Origin: Malacoraja senta
Lineage: Eukaryota
DNA: 64,000 nt
Assembly: GCA_038087875.1 (NCBI GenBank)
Contig: JAXLNO010004584.1
Span: 186,001-250,000, forward strand
Direction: 5' to 3'
This document shows, one piece after another, positions 1-11,228 of the stretch; the stretch's first letter is position 1; every line of letters begins with the position of its first letter. Below the pieces are notes generated by a model, which saw nothing but the letters and a program-made list of their open reading frames with translations, was not told the DNA's origin and searched no databases. A program made the translations under genes and the position numbers.

Positions 1-404
1 GACCTAAGATGGTGTCTGACGATGTAGCCTTCTACAGTAATCTTTTGCTTACCAAATGCCTATCTACCTGCCTTAACGTCATTGAAAGGCTCTGCTTTCA
101 ATAACGATTGCAGGAAGGTTCTAAACACTAGCAACCCTCTGAAATCACATCTCCGTCGAGGTACGTGACTGAAAAAAAGTTTCCCCTTATTCCCCCCCCA
201 CCCCCCATATAAACTAACCAAGAAACATTGAAACAAACTATTAGAACATACTTAAAATAATAAAAACAGTAGAAAGGACACACAGACTGTTGGCGAGGCT
301 GCCACTACGGTGGCGCCACCTGGTGGAATTGGGAATGTGCAGAGAATAGATTGCAGGAAATAAGAATGAGTGGGAGAATGGATTTCCTCCGTTAGTTTTA
401 CACT

Positions 405-615
405 TTAAACTTTAGAGATATAGCGTGGAAACAAGCTGGGTCCGTACCAACCAGCAATCACCCCGTACTCTAGCGCTATCCTACACACTGGGGACAATTT
501 ACAGAAGCCAATTAATCTACAAACCTGCACGTCTTTGGGGTGTGGGAGGAAACTGGAGCACCCGGCGAAACCCCACACGGTCACAGGGAGAACGTGCAAA
601 CTCCATGCAGACAGA
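405..615 (-). mobile_element. V-SINE (HE1-like) copy, 5'-truncated
   Basis: Reverse complement of the SINE body (ttctccctgtgaccgtgtggg...ggtttcctccc) and tail (tatctctaaagtttaa). Confidence 0.8.
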
Positions 616-616
616 T

Positions 617-937
617 TGCACGGCGGTGCAGCGGTAGAGTTCCTGCCTTACAGTAGCAATGGTAGAGTTTCTTGCCAGAGACCTGGGTTCGATCCCGACT
701 ACGGGTACTGTCTGTAGGGAGTTTGTACATTCTCCCTGTGACCGCATGGGTTTTCTCCGGGATTTCCGGTTTCCTCCCGCACTCCGAAGATGTGCAGGTT
801 TGGAGGTTTATTGGCCTCTGTAAACTGAAAATTGTCCGTTGTGTGTAGGATAGAGTTAATGTATGGGGAATGCTGGTTGGTGCAGACTCGGTGGGCCGAA
901 GGGCCTGATTCCATGCTGTATTTCTAAACTAAACTAA
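617..937 (+). mobile_element. V-SINE (HE1-like), near full length
   Basis: tRNA-derived head (gcagcggtagag...gggttcgatcc A/B boxes), central conserved domain, tail ggccgaagggcctg...ctaaactaaactaa. Confidence 0.85.
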
Positions 938-1006
938 GGACCCGTACTCAGGGTGGAACCCGGGTGTTTGGCGCTGTAAGGCAGCAACTCTACCGCTGTG
1001 CCACCA
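938..1006 (-). mobile_element. V-SINE tRNA-like head fragment
   Basis: Reverse complement reads ggtggcacagcggtagagttgctgccttacagcgcc...gggttcc. Confidence 0.7.
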
Positions 1007-1091
1007 CTATACTTTTGCATATCAGCTACGTGAGTCTGCATGAAGCACAGTCAATTAACCTATCTTCACTCCGGACTGTACTTGATTTCAG

Positions 1092-1157
1092 AACCTGCGC
1101 ACGGATATCGTCATGGACGTCGGTCTGAGCCTGAACCCAGCGGTGGACATTGGGCAG
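1092..1157 (+). CDS. XDH: Xanthine dehydrogenase coding exon (66 bp, [22 protein letters not shown])
   Basis: ttcag acceptor and gtgagc donor; the 22-codon peptide matches the XDH molybdopterin-domain segment [22 protein letters not shown]. Confidence 0.95.
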
Positions 1158-1299
1158 GTGAGCTTCCTGATGAAAACGTGGGGAAAGACGTGATTCCTGA
1201 ACCTCAACCTGTCCAGGAATGGTATATAGCCATTTTGTCACTAAGTTTTAGTTTAGTTTAGAGATACAGCACGGAAGTGGGCCCTTCAGCCCACCGAGA

Positions 1300-1575
1300 C
1301 CAATGTTACTGAAGCCCATTTGCCGACAAACCTGCACTGGGAAGAAAACTGAGACCCCAGGAGAAATCAGTACCCATTCCTGCTTTTCCCCCATATCCCT
1401 TGATTCCCTTAGCCCTAAGAGCTAAATCTAACTCTCTCTTGAAAACATCCAGTGAATTGGCCTCCACTGCCTTCCGTGGCAGATAATTCCACAGACTCAC
1501 AACTCTCTGGGTGAAAAAGTGTTTCCTCATCTCCGTTCTAAATGGCTTACCCCTTATTCTTAAACTGTGGCTCCT
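1300..1575 (-). mobile_element. CR1 (HER1-like) LINE 3' fragment
   Basis: ORF end FFTQRVVSLWNYLPRKAVEANSLDVFKRELD is a typical CR1 ORF2 C-terminus. Confidence 0.85.
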
Positions 1576-1659
1576 GGGGTGTAGATTGTAACTACCTGTG
1601 AAGGACAAAGGGGGCAAGGTGAGGGGTGCACGGGCAGTTTACTGAAGGTTGGCTGCACT

Positions 1660-2346
1660 CACTAACTCTTTTTTCTCTCTCTCTACCTCATTCTTTGGCT
1701 TTTTCTTTCTGTCTCCCACTCTGTTTCTCCTTTCTCCCTCACTCTATTCTCAATCTGAGTATCTCTCGCACTCCTCTCTCCCTCTCTTTTGTTCTTTCTG
1801 TCTCTACATTTCTCTCTCTCTCTCTTTAATGTTTTCACACCATTCTCTGTCTCTTTTCCTCCTCCCTCTCATTCCCCCCTCTGTCTCTCCCTCTATCCCC
1901 CTCTCTCCCTCCCCTACACCTCTTCCCTCCTACTCTCTCCACCTCTTCCTACCCTCTCTCCTCCTCTCTGCTCTCCCTCTCGCTCTCTCCCCCTCCCTCC
2001 CTATCTCCCCCTCCCTCCCTATCTCCCTCTCCCCCCCCCCTCTCTCACACCCCCCTCTCTCTCCCCTTTCTCACTCCATCTCTCCCCCTCTCTCACTCCC
2101 CCCTTTCTCACTCCCCCCTCTCCCCCTCTCTCTCGCCCCCCTCTCTCTCCCACCTCCCTCTCCACCTCTCTCACTCCCTCCTCTCCCCTCTCTCACTCCC
2201 CCCTCTCACTCCCTCCTCTCCCCTCTCACTCCCCTCTCTCACTCCCCCTCTCAAACTACTCCTCCCTCTCTCTCGCCCTCTCAAACTCCTCCCCTCTCTC
2301 CCCCTCTCACTCCCCCCTCCCACTCCCCCCTCTCTCTCCCCTCTGC
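1660..2346 (+). repeat. ~690-bp polypyrimidine (CT/CCCT-rich) low-complexity tract
   Basis: Almost entirely C/T with ctctc and cccctctc iterations, ending at the XDH splice acceptor. Confidence 0.95.
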
Positions 2347-2349
2347 CAG

Positions 2350-2538
2350 GTGGAAGGTGCCTTTGCCCAGGGTCTGGGTCTCTTCACTCTGGAGGAGTTG
2401 CGCTATTCTCCAGACGGAGTTCTGTACACACGGGGTCCGGGCACCTACAAGATCCCGGCGGCTGGTGACATTCCTGCCCGGTTCAACGTGTCCCTGCTTC
2501 GGGAAGCTCCCAACAAGAAAGCCATCTATTCATCCAAG
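2350..2538 (+). CDS. XDH: Xanthine dehydrogenase coding exon (189 bp, [17 protein letters not shown]...KKAIYSSK)
   Basis: ccag acceptor and gtgact donor, phase 0-0; KKAIYSSK is XDH-like rather than AOX-like. Confidence 0.96.
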
Positions 2539-2564
2539 GTGACTGCAGGACATTTGCTGCTTAA

Positions 2565-3114
2565 AGGGCCTGTCCCACTTGCATGCGATTGCGGAGGTTC
2601 GCGCGAAGTTCGCACTAAGTTCACGCGTGATGTCATTTACGATTATAAAGGGGGGTTGCTGGCTGCTATTCCATGATCATCATGGAAGAGATGCAGACTG
2701 CATTGCTGCAACAGCAACAGAGACTTCTGTTAGAAGCAGCCCTCATGCTTACAAATCAGCTGGGCAGGAGGCGGGCGGGCCGACTGAATTTTGGCGTCGC
2801 ACGGTGACGTCATCACGCAACGCCACGAGCGAGGCGTACGCTGTCAAGATGCTGCGTACGACGTCAAGATGCTGCGTACGACGTCAAGACGCTGCGTACG
2901 ACCGCAATGCGTCTGCGTGCGTACGCGGGCCGACAGGCCGTTGGTGCGCGAAGATTTCGGTCACTGCAGGAATTTCAGAGCCCCGCGCGATGTCGGGACC
3001 GGCCCCGCACAACTCCATACCCCTCCTCGCTTCTAAGTGGGACCGGCCCCGCGCGGCCATACGGTGCCTGTACGCCTCAAGCGACCACGAGGTCGCGTAA
3101 GTGGGACAGGCCCT
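2565..3114. mobile_element. Non-autonomous TIR element (MITE, probably PIF/Harbinger-type) with TAA TSD
   Basis: TIR agggcctgtcccactt / aagtgggacaggccct, flanked by TAA at 2562-2564 and 3115-3117; GC/CpG-rich interior with cgtcaagatgctgcgtacga tandem units. Confidence 0.75.
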
Positions 3115-3569
3115 TAACTGACAGAGGGAGCGAGGTACCATCTGTACAAACTGCACGAGTTTGTTCAGCATCAGGTGAAAGTCACTAGAATCACAGTGAG
3201 AAAACCGGTGGTGTAGGGCCCGTAATCCAACGTGCTGAGTACGAGTCTCACCATGGCAGCAGTCGGCTTTAATGGCCGGGAAGGATCTGGCATCTTTCTG
3301 TTTGCAAAGCCCACCTTCCACTGCCCTGAAGCCATGGGATTTTGTAACAATCCACCACTCGTGTCATCTCCTGCCATTGTGCGCTGTGTGTGTGTGAATG
3401 AGTCCTGTACATGTATGTGGATGGATCTTTCATGGAGCAGCAAGCTGCCCAACCCTAGTGTAACCAGGGATGGATAATAAATGCTGGCCCCATCGGAGAA
3501 GTCCAAACCCTCAAAATAGAGGGATCCACTCTCCAGGTGTGTCATTGGTTTATTGGATGGGTGGGTTAG

Positions 3570-3660
3570 TGATCTGGTGTGTTTATTGGGATGTGAGTGA
3601 TCCACTGGGATCTGGTGTGTTTATTGGTGGGATGTGAGTGATCCATTGGGATCTGGTTTG
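3570..3660 (+). repeat. Short minisatellite (~38-41-bp unit, gatctggtgtgtttattgggatgtgagtgatccactgg) before an XDH acceptor
   Basis: Two-plus tandem copies read directly. Confidence 0.7.
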
Positions 3661-3670
3661 TTTCCAACAG

Positions 3671-3838
3671 GCTGTCGGAGAGCCCCCTCTGTTTCTGGCC
3701 GCCTCCATATTCTTTGCCATCAAGGATGCCGTGGCCGCCACCAGGACAGGGGTTGGAGTCACGGAGCCGTTCCGTCTAGACAGCCCGGCCACGCCAGACA
3801 GGATACGACTCGCCTGCACCGACTTCCTCACCCAGATG
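3671..3838 (+). CDS. XDH: Xanthine dehydrogenase coding exon (168 bp, [21 protein letters not shown]...FLTQM)
   Basis: caacag acceptor and gtacgg donor; contains the GEPP motif with the catalytic glutamate (AOX proteins typically have GES here). Confidence 0.96.
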
Positions 3839-3960
3839 GTACGGGCTGGGATGAGCGGACAGAGGGGGCGGGCTGGAACCTTCATCACCGTCTCAATGCC
3901 AACATTGCCCACACACTCGGCCTTCTCACTGAAGGCCAGCACAGGTGGTGATGCCTCCAA

Positions 3961-4250
3961 TCCACAAGATGGCGCAGCGCTGGAGTTGCTGCCTCACAGC
4001 GCCAGAGACCCAGGTTCAATCCTGACTAAGGATGCTGTCTGTACAGAATTTGTACGTTCTCCCTGTGACCGTGTGGGTTTTCTCTGGGCACTCTGGTTTC
4101 CTCCCACATCCCAAAGAACTAGTGTACGGGTGATCGCTGGTCAGCATGGACTCGGTGGTCCGAATTGTCCCTAGAACTAGTGTACGGGTGATCGCTGGTC
4201 AGCATGGACTTGGTGGTCCGTAGGGCCTGTTTCCAATCTGTATCCCTCTG
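3961..4250 (+). mobile_element. V-SINE (HE1-like) copy with an internal ~57-bp tandem duplication
   Basis: Head ggcgcagcgctggag...ggttcaatcc; agaactagtgtacgggtgatcgctggtcagcatggact occurs twice. Confidence 0.8.
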
Positions 4251-4461
4251 TAAATAGAGGCACAGAAATGCAACTTCCCCATAACTACTGATACATCCTC
4301 AAGTATCCTTTGTGAAGTGATTCACATGTATTTGTATGTGTAAACGCATCTACACTAACCAGGACCCTCTGCAGACAGTAAAGAACTCCAGGAAAACACC
4401 ATCTATCAATGCCGGTGCCTTCTCAGAGATGGCGTGTAGATTCTGAGGCATCCTTTGGTCT

Positions 4462-4765
4462 TTAGAGATACAGCGCGGAAACAGGCCCTTCGGCCCATGA
4501 GTCTGCACCGACCAGCGATACCCGCACACACACACACACACACTATCCTACACACTAGCACCAATTTACAATGTTACCAAACCAATTAACTGACAAACTT
4601 GTAAATTTTTGGAGTGTGAGAGGAAAGCAGAGCACCCGGGGAAAGCCCACGCGATCATGGGGAGAATGTACAAACTCCGTACAGACAGCATCCATAGTCA
4701 GGATCGAATCCGGGTCTTTGGCCGGCAAGGCAGCAACTCTACTGCTGCACCACTGTGCTGCCTTG
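4462..4765 (-). mobile_element. V-SINE (HE1-like) copy
   Basis: Reverse-complement head at 4700-4765 and tail tatctctaaag at ~4462. Confidence 0.8.
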
Positions 4766-4932
4766 TAAACCCCTGGGGTCTTTGAGCTTGTGTGTGAATG
4801 TTTAAAACAAATGCATGGTGTCTGGGAATCGCCACAATTAGAACTCACCCGCACTTCCCTCTTCAACTGCAGTGTGGATTTTCATTGTGCATGTGAAAGT
4901 AACAATGGACTTGGTTGTCCTTCCTTCCCCAG

Positions 4933-4983
4933 TGCCCTCCTGCGGAACCGGGAACCTTTACTCCTTGGAACGTTGAGGTGTAG
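4933..4983 (+). CDS. XDH: Xanthine dehydrogenase terminal coding exon (CPPAEPGTFTPWNVEV*)
   Basis: Follows the polypyrimidine tract ttccttccccag; in frame with the previous exon; resembles the XDH C-terminus (C...PWSVRV*); ends in TAG. Confidence 0.85.
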   Translation, partial: CPPAEPGTFTPWNVEV

Positions 4984-5525
4984 CCCGAGCTGAATAATCA
5001 GTGAATAAGGGAGCATCTGATGGTGATGAAGCTGCTCTCCCTCCTCAGCAGCAGAGGCTTGTCGTTTATCCAAACTCTTCCACATCTGCCACCATCTTCA
5101 TCCATAACTCGCGCGCTCTCCAGCAGAGGTTCTAGAGCAGCACGGTGGCACAGCTGTAGAGCTGCTGCCTTACAGCGCCAGCGACCCGGGTTCCATCCTG
5201 ACTACTCTTGCCTCCTTTCTATGGGTTTTTTTTCTCTATATATATGCATAACAGCATGAATTATAATCTGATTTCCATACAAAGCTGTAGATAGAATGGA
5301 AGCAGATCAAGACGAGATGCTTCCTCGGTGAATCCCCCACCCCCCACCATTATCTCCTTCCACATAAATTCTCACTGTCTATTTCCTTGTGGAGCAGCAC
5401 TCTGGCTGATAGGAGGAGAATGAATGAGCAAAATAATTAATTAGCTTCCTCCAACATTGTTCAACAAAGGCTTCCACTTCAGTTCTATCATCAGCTTTAA
5501 ATGGACAACAAAATCTCATACAAAC

Positions 5526-5820
5526 CTTGAGGCTTCTGAAACTCTGTTCTCACCATGTTGTCCGCTTGTATCCTGCCTTGCAATAGTAGACCTTTTTCCT
5601 GTTCCAATCTGCCACAGGGACTCGCAGCAAGCTGCTCGTTGTGTACATGTTGTTTTGTCCCAACACAGGTGGGTACTTTGTGATTCCAGTGGTGATGTCC
5701 CCACTGCTGGTGGACCATGTCTGACTGATGATCTCAGGCTGGTAGTCCTTGACCAGACAGAGGATGCTGATCTCTTGGTCAGATTCTGTGTTGCAGGAAG
5801 AGGTGATGTGGCCTTAATCT
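5526..5820 (-). pseudogene. Immunoglobulin heavy-chain C1-set constant exon, IgW/IgX CH1-like, frameshifted
   Basis: Acceptor tttcag and donor G|gtttgt. The main frame reads ITSSCNTESDQEISILCLVKDYQPEIISQTWSTSSGDITTGITKYPPVLGQNNMYTTSSLLRVPVADWNRKKVYYCKAGYK, then shifts to DNMVRTEFQKPQ. It has the canonical B-strand Cys, C-strand Trp and YYC. Length 295 bp is not a multiple of 3. Confidence 0.85.
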
Positions 5821-6299
5821 CTGAAATGTAAATAAATTAACAGTTGGTTCTGTAGTAAATGGATTATTACCAGCGCATGCAACAGGTTCATGCTGATTGC
5901 TGAGTAAATGCAGGTGATTCAGGCTGAGAGAAGGCCAGGCAGAGCAGAGAATTGGTTCCTTTCCCAATACCTTTCACACCGTGCATGACCAAGCAGTGAA
6001 ATGCTGATCTCACACTGGCGAAGCAACTTCTGCCAACCAGAGGGACAAATTGGCCTGTGCTGTGGGTGATGTGTCCCAGGTCAGGAAGCACATGGTACGA
6101 TGCCAGATGGACCATATCCACAAGCACCGGGCCAAATGGTGCTGGATCTGGCCTGTTGTGGACCTTCCTCAATGCTGGGCCCCGGGGAGTGTTGTACAAC
6201 TAAGGGATCTTGGAGTACAGGTACACAGATCCCAGGAAGCGTTGTCACAGGTAAATAGGTTGGTAAAAAAAGCTCTTCATGAGTCAGGGAATTGAGATA

Positions 6300-7197
6300 C
6301 AGTAATCCCTCGTTTTAACGGACCCCTTTATAACAGATTTTGGATATAGCAGAGGGATCTGCCGATACCACCCTTGCACTTATGGCTCCTGACCGCTTAG
6401 AGCCCTGGCTTCCAACTCCACCCCCAACTCGCAAGTGAGCCCTTCTTCACCCACCACCGTATGGTCCATGATGCTGGTGTTGTTGCGGCTCACAGAACCC
6501 CCGAGATGAGCGCTTTCTTCAAGCTGCCGTCCTCGACAGGACGTGCTTGGTCACCATGAGGCTCCCTCCCCTCTCACCTGCTGCTGCTTCAACCTGTGGG
6601 CTCTTCACTTTGTCCACTCCCTGCTCGACCACCATCTCCCCCTCGTCCTCCCCTCGCTCTGTCCACTCGGCCTCTTCCCCTCTCCCCCCTCCACCACCAT
6701 CTCGTCCTCCTTCTCCCTGGAGTCACCAACATACTGCACCTTGGAAGCAGCAGCTGGTGAGAGAAGAGGGTGCCCCATGGTGAGCGTGCACCCTGTCAGT
6801 GGCAGCGGCCTGAAGAAAGCACTGCCAGCCAGAGGCTACAATGTGAGCCACAACCACAGCCATGTCACCGGACCGTGCGGTGGATGAAGAAGGACTCGCT
6901 GGTGCAGAGCAGAGGCAAAGGCGCCTGGTTTTAAGGTGAAATGACACAGTTTGAGTAACCCAGCAGACTGAATCAGTCTGAAGAAGAGTTCCCACCTCAC
7001 CTATCGATGTTCTCCAGAGATGCTCCCTGACCAGTTGAGTTACTCCAGCACTTTGTGTCTTTTTGTGTATTAACCAGCATCTGCATTCTTTGTTTCAACT
7101 ACATACACGGGTAATACCTTTCTCTTTTAAAGTGGACATTTGTCAATAACGGATACTCTCCCCTAACACCATGGTCCGTTAAAATGAGGGTTTACTG
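6300..7197. mobile_element. Tc1/mariner (Tigger/pogo-like) non-autonomous element inserted in a CR1 fragment
   Basis: TIRs cagtaatccctcgttttaacggacc / ggtccgttaaaatgagggtttactg; TA on the left and TT on the right; the flanks rejoin as CR1 sequence attgagatacagaagttgg. Confidence 0.7.
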
Positions 7198-7715
7198 TTC
7201 AGAAGTTGGATGTTATACTGGAGTGTTACAAGAAATCGGTGAGGCTGAATTTGGAATACAATGTTCAGTTTTCTTCAAGCTACTCTAGGAAAGATATTGT
7301 TAGGCTAGAAGAGTGCTGAGAAGATTTACAAGAATGTTGCCAGGACTCGAGGGCCTGAGCTGGGGGGAAAAGTAGGGCAGGCTCGGACTTTACTCCTTTA
7401 TACCTCTGGGAGATTGAAGAGTAATCCCATAAAGGTGTATAAAATCATGAGGGGAATAGATAGGGTGAATGCACAGTCTTTTACACAGGATTGGGGAATC
7501 AAGACATTGGTGTAAGATGAGAGGAACAAGATTTAATGGGAATGTGTGGGGAACTTTCACACACAGGGTGGTGGGTATATGGAATAGGCTGCCAGAGGAA
7601 ACAGTTGAGGCAGGTACGATAACAGCATTTAAAAGACACTTGGGCAGATACATGGATAGGAAAGAATTAGAGGACATGAGGTAAACATGGGCAAGAGGGA
7701 CTAGCATACATGGGG
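7198..7715 (+). mobile_element. CR1 LINE 3' fragment (continues 6185-6299)
   Basis: Encodes GTFTHRVVGIWNRLPEETVEAGTITAFKRHLGRYM. Confidence 0.8.
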
Positions 7716-8040
7716 CATGCAGCGAATTGTCTGATCAGTTGAGAAGGTTATTGGCTGCAACCTTCCCTCCATTGACGAACTGTACACTGCAAGGGCCAGG
7801 AAGCGAGCGGCTATCATCATCTCTGACCCCTCTCACCCTGGCCACAGACACTTTGCATCACTTCCCTCTGGAAGGCAACTCCGGACTGTCAAAGCTGCCA
7901 CACCCAGACATAAAAACAGTTTTTTTCCCACGAGTAGTAGCTCTACTCAATAACCAAAAATCTGTAGCCTCCTTTAGCTCTGGTATTTTTTTTAATTCAC
8001 ATGTTTAATCAATAATGTTTTATTATTAATATTTACTGTT
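7716..8040 (+). mobile_element. Rex1/Babar LINE 3' fragment
   Basis: ttccctccattgacgaactgtacactgcaagg...cccttccctctggaaggc resembles the Rex1/Babar C-terminal region; AT-rich tail. Confidence 0.6.
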
Positions 8041-8044
8041 TTAC

Positions 8045-10400
8045 ATTGAAACATAGAAAATAGGTGCAGGAGAAGGCTATTCAGCCCTTCGAGCCAGCAC
8101 CGCCATTGTGATCATGGCTGATCGTCCCCTATCAATACCCCGTGCCTGCCTTCTCCCCATATGCCTTGACTCCACTAGCCCCTAGAGCTCTATCTAACTC
8201 TCTCTTAAATCCATCCAGTGACTTGGCCTCCACTGCCCTCTGTGGCAGGGAATTCCATAAATTCACAACTCTCTGGGTGAAAAAGTTTTTCTCACAGTCT
8301 TAAATGACCTCCCCTTTATTCTAAGACTGTGGCCCCTGGTTCTGGACTCGCCCAACATTGGGAACATTTTTCCTCCATCTAGCTTGTCCAGTCCTTTTCT
8401 AATTTTATATGTTTCTATAAGATTCCCCCCTCATCCTTCTAAACTCCAGTGAATACAAGCCTAGTCTTTTCAATCTTTCCTCGTATGACAATCCCGCCAT
8501 CCCAGGGATCAATCTTGTGAAGCTACGCTGCACTGCCTCAATCACAAGGATGTCCTTCCTCAAATTAGGAGACCAAAACTGTACACAATACTCCAGATGT
8601 GGTCTCACCAGAGCCCGATACAAGTGCAGAAGAACCTCTTTACTCCTATACCGAAATCCTCTTGTTATGAAGGCCAACATTCCATTAGCTTTCTTCACTG
8701 CCTGGTGTACCTGTAAGCCAACTTTCAGTGTACAAGGACTCCCAGGTCTCGCTGCACCTCCCCCTTACTTAACCTAACCCCATTGAGATAATAATCTGCC
8801 CCCTTGTTTTTGCCGCCAAAGTGGATAACCACATTTATCTATATTATACTGCATCTGCCACGCATCTGCCCACTCACTCAACCTGTCCATGTCACCCTGC
8901 AACCTCCTAACATCCTCTTCACAGTTCACACTGCCACCCAGCTTTGTTTCATCCGCAAACTTGCTAGTGTTGCTCCTTATTCCCTCTTCCAAATCATTAA
9001 TACATATGGTAAACAGTTGCGGCCCCAACACCGAGCCTTGCGGCACTCCATTCACCACTGCCTGCCATTCTGAAAAGGACCCGTTCACTCCTACACTTTG
9101 CTTCCGGTCTGCCAACCAATTTTCTATCCATGTCAACACCCTACCCCCAATACCATGTGCTCTAATTTTAGTCACCAGTCTCCCGTGCATGACCTTATCA
9201 AAGGCTTTCTGAAAGTCTAGATACACTACATCCATTGGCACCCCTTCATCCATTTTACTTGTCACATCCTCACAAAATTCCAGAAGATTAGTCAAGCATG
9301 ATTTTCCTTTCATAAATCCATGCTGACTTGGACTAATCCTTTTACTGCTATCCAAATGCCCCATTATTATCTCTTTAGTAATTGACTCCAGCATCTTTCC
9401 CACCACCGAAGTCAAACTAACTGGTCTGTAATTCGCCGTTTTCTCTCTCGCTCCTTTCTTCAAAAGTGGGATAACATTAGCTATCCTCCAATCCACAGGA
9501 ACTGATCCTGAATCTATTGAACATTGGAAAATGATCACCAATGCGTCCACTATTTCTAGAGCCACCTCCCTGAGGACCCAGGGATGCAGACCATCAGGTC
9601 CAGGGGATTTATCATCCTTCAGTCCCATTAGCCTACCCAATACTATTTCTTGCCTAATGAAAATTTCTTTCAGTTCCTCTACCCTCTTAGATCCTCTGTC
9701 CTCCAGTACATCTGGGAGATTGTTTGTGTCTTCCTTAGTGAAGACAGATCCGAAGTACCTATTCAACTCTTCTGCCATTTCCTTGTTGCCCATAATAATT
9801 TCACCCGTGTCTGCCTTCAAGGGACCCACATTTGACTTTGCTACTCTTTTTCCCTTAACATATCTAAAGACGCTTTTACTGTCCTTCTTTATATTCCTGG
9901 CCACCTTCCCCTCGTACTCCATCTTTTCAGCCCGTATTGCCCATTTTGTTTCCTTCTGTTGTCCTATGAAAGTTTCCCAATCCTCTGGCTTCCGGCTACT
10001 CTTTGCTGTGTTATACATCTTTTCTTTTAGTTTTATTCTATCCCTAACTTCTCTTGTCAGCCACGGTTGCCTCCTATTCCCCTTAGAATCTTTCTTCCTT
10101 TTTGGAATGAAATGATCCTGCGTGTTCCGGATTATGCCCAGAAATTCCTGCCATTGCTGTTCCACCATCATTCCTGCTAGGATCCCTTTCCATTCTACTT
10201 TGGCCAGCTCCCCTCTCCTGCCTTCATAGTCCCCTTTGTTCAACTGCATCACTGACACTTCCGATTTAACGTTCTCCTTCTCAAATTGCGGATTAAAACT
10301 AATCATATTATGATCACTACCTCCAAGCGGTTCCTTTACCTCGAGTTCTCTTACCATATCTGGTTCATTGGATCCAGCATTGCCTTTTCTCTGGTCGGCT
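8045..10400 (-). mobile_element. CR1 (HER1-like) LINE, 5'-truncated, RT region
   Basis: ORF 8774-10357 has KSPGPDG, NYRPVSLTSVVGK, QHGF, YLDFQKAFDKV, GVPQGSVLGP and FADE; 3' tail cctattttctatgtttc. Confidence 0.95.
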
Positions 10401-11228
10401 CCATTACAAGCTTACAAGCAAAAACTAAGGTTCAAATTATTTTGAACCTTAGTTTTTGAACCAAACAGCATCAATTTGTTTTACAATCTAGAGAATGTTC
10501 TGTGTTCTGAAGGAGTGTTTGACAGAGCAATGTAGAGGGAGCTTGACTCTGTGTCAAACACTTTGTCCCTGCACTTTTTTTTTTTCCATACAAAATGATT
10601 TAATCAGAACAAACAAAGTAGTAACACGATCAAAGAATGCCTATATTGCCATTTTACAAAGTTATCATATTAAAATGCTTTCAAGTCCTCCCTGCATTCC
10701 GTTTCTTACACACCTTTGCGTGTTGCGCTTTTTTTTGACAGCCATTGCTTTAATTGTCATTTATTGCATTGTAGCAATGATAGACATTGATTTGATAAAA
10801 CCTACGATTTTTTTTGTTTGCAAACACACAGCAGTTAATCACATGTCAAGACATCACCATGTCAATTACGCACAGCACCGCCCTTGGAAAATAGACGAGG
10901 CACGTTGCCTGTGCCTGGAGTTTGCAAACAAAAGAATGGGTTGTCACAATTGACTCATTTATTTGGGAAACGCATCTGAGCAGAATCTGAGAATTGAGCG
11001 GCGTCCCAGTGAAGCATGCAGCTACATCTAAGAAAGCACCAGATTGCATGGGCTGCGAAGATATTTTGCTGATAATCTCAACGAAACGTGTTTCAGAAAC
11101 ATGCCAGGGATAAAGTGACCTGTCGTCCACACCTAAGATAGACACAAAATGCTGGAGTAACTCAGCGGGACAGGCAGACAGGGAGTCAGGGGGCAGGGAG
11201 ACTAGAGATATGTGGACGGGTAAGGTGT

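Noticed and set aside
617-720. tRNA-like sequences with A and B boxes (also ~3970, ~4740, ~5145)
   Set aside because: Each continues into or matches the V-SINE body, so they are SINE heads and not tRNA genes.
1626-2676. Long Pro/Ser/Leu-rich ORFs (297 aa and 295 aa)
   Set aside because: They are open only because the C/T tract lacks stop codons; only 2350-2538 is real coding sequence.
2840-2900. Regularly spaced ~20-bp repeats resembling a CRISPR array
   Set aside because: They are contiguous tandem units without unique spacers, inside a eukaryotic MITE, with no cas genes.
5300-5415. Possible IgW CH2 or secretory-tail remnant (gctccacaa = APQ; PECCSTRK*)
   Set aside because: The match is only a few codons, with no Ig-fold Cys/Trp pattern and no proper acceptor at the APQ.
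5821-6300. Search for a JH segment or RSS upstream of the Ig exon
   Set aside because: No WGxG motif or heptamer-spacer-nonamer was found.
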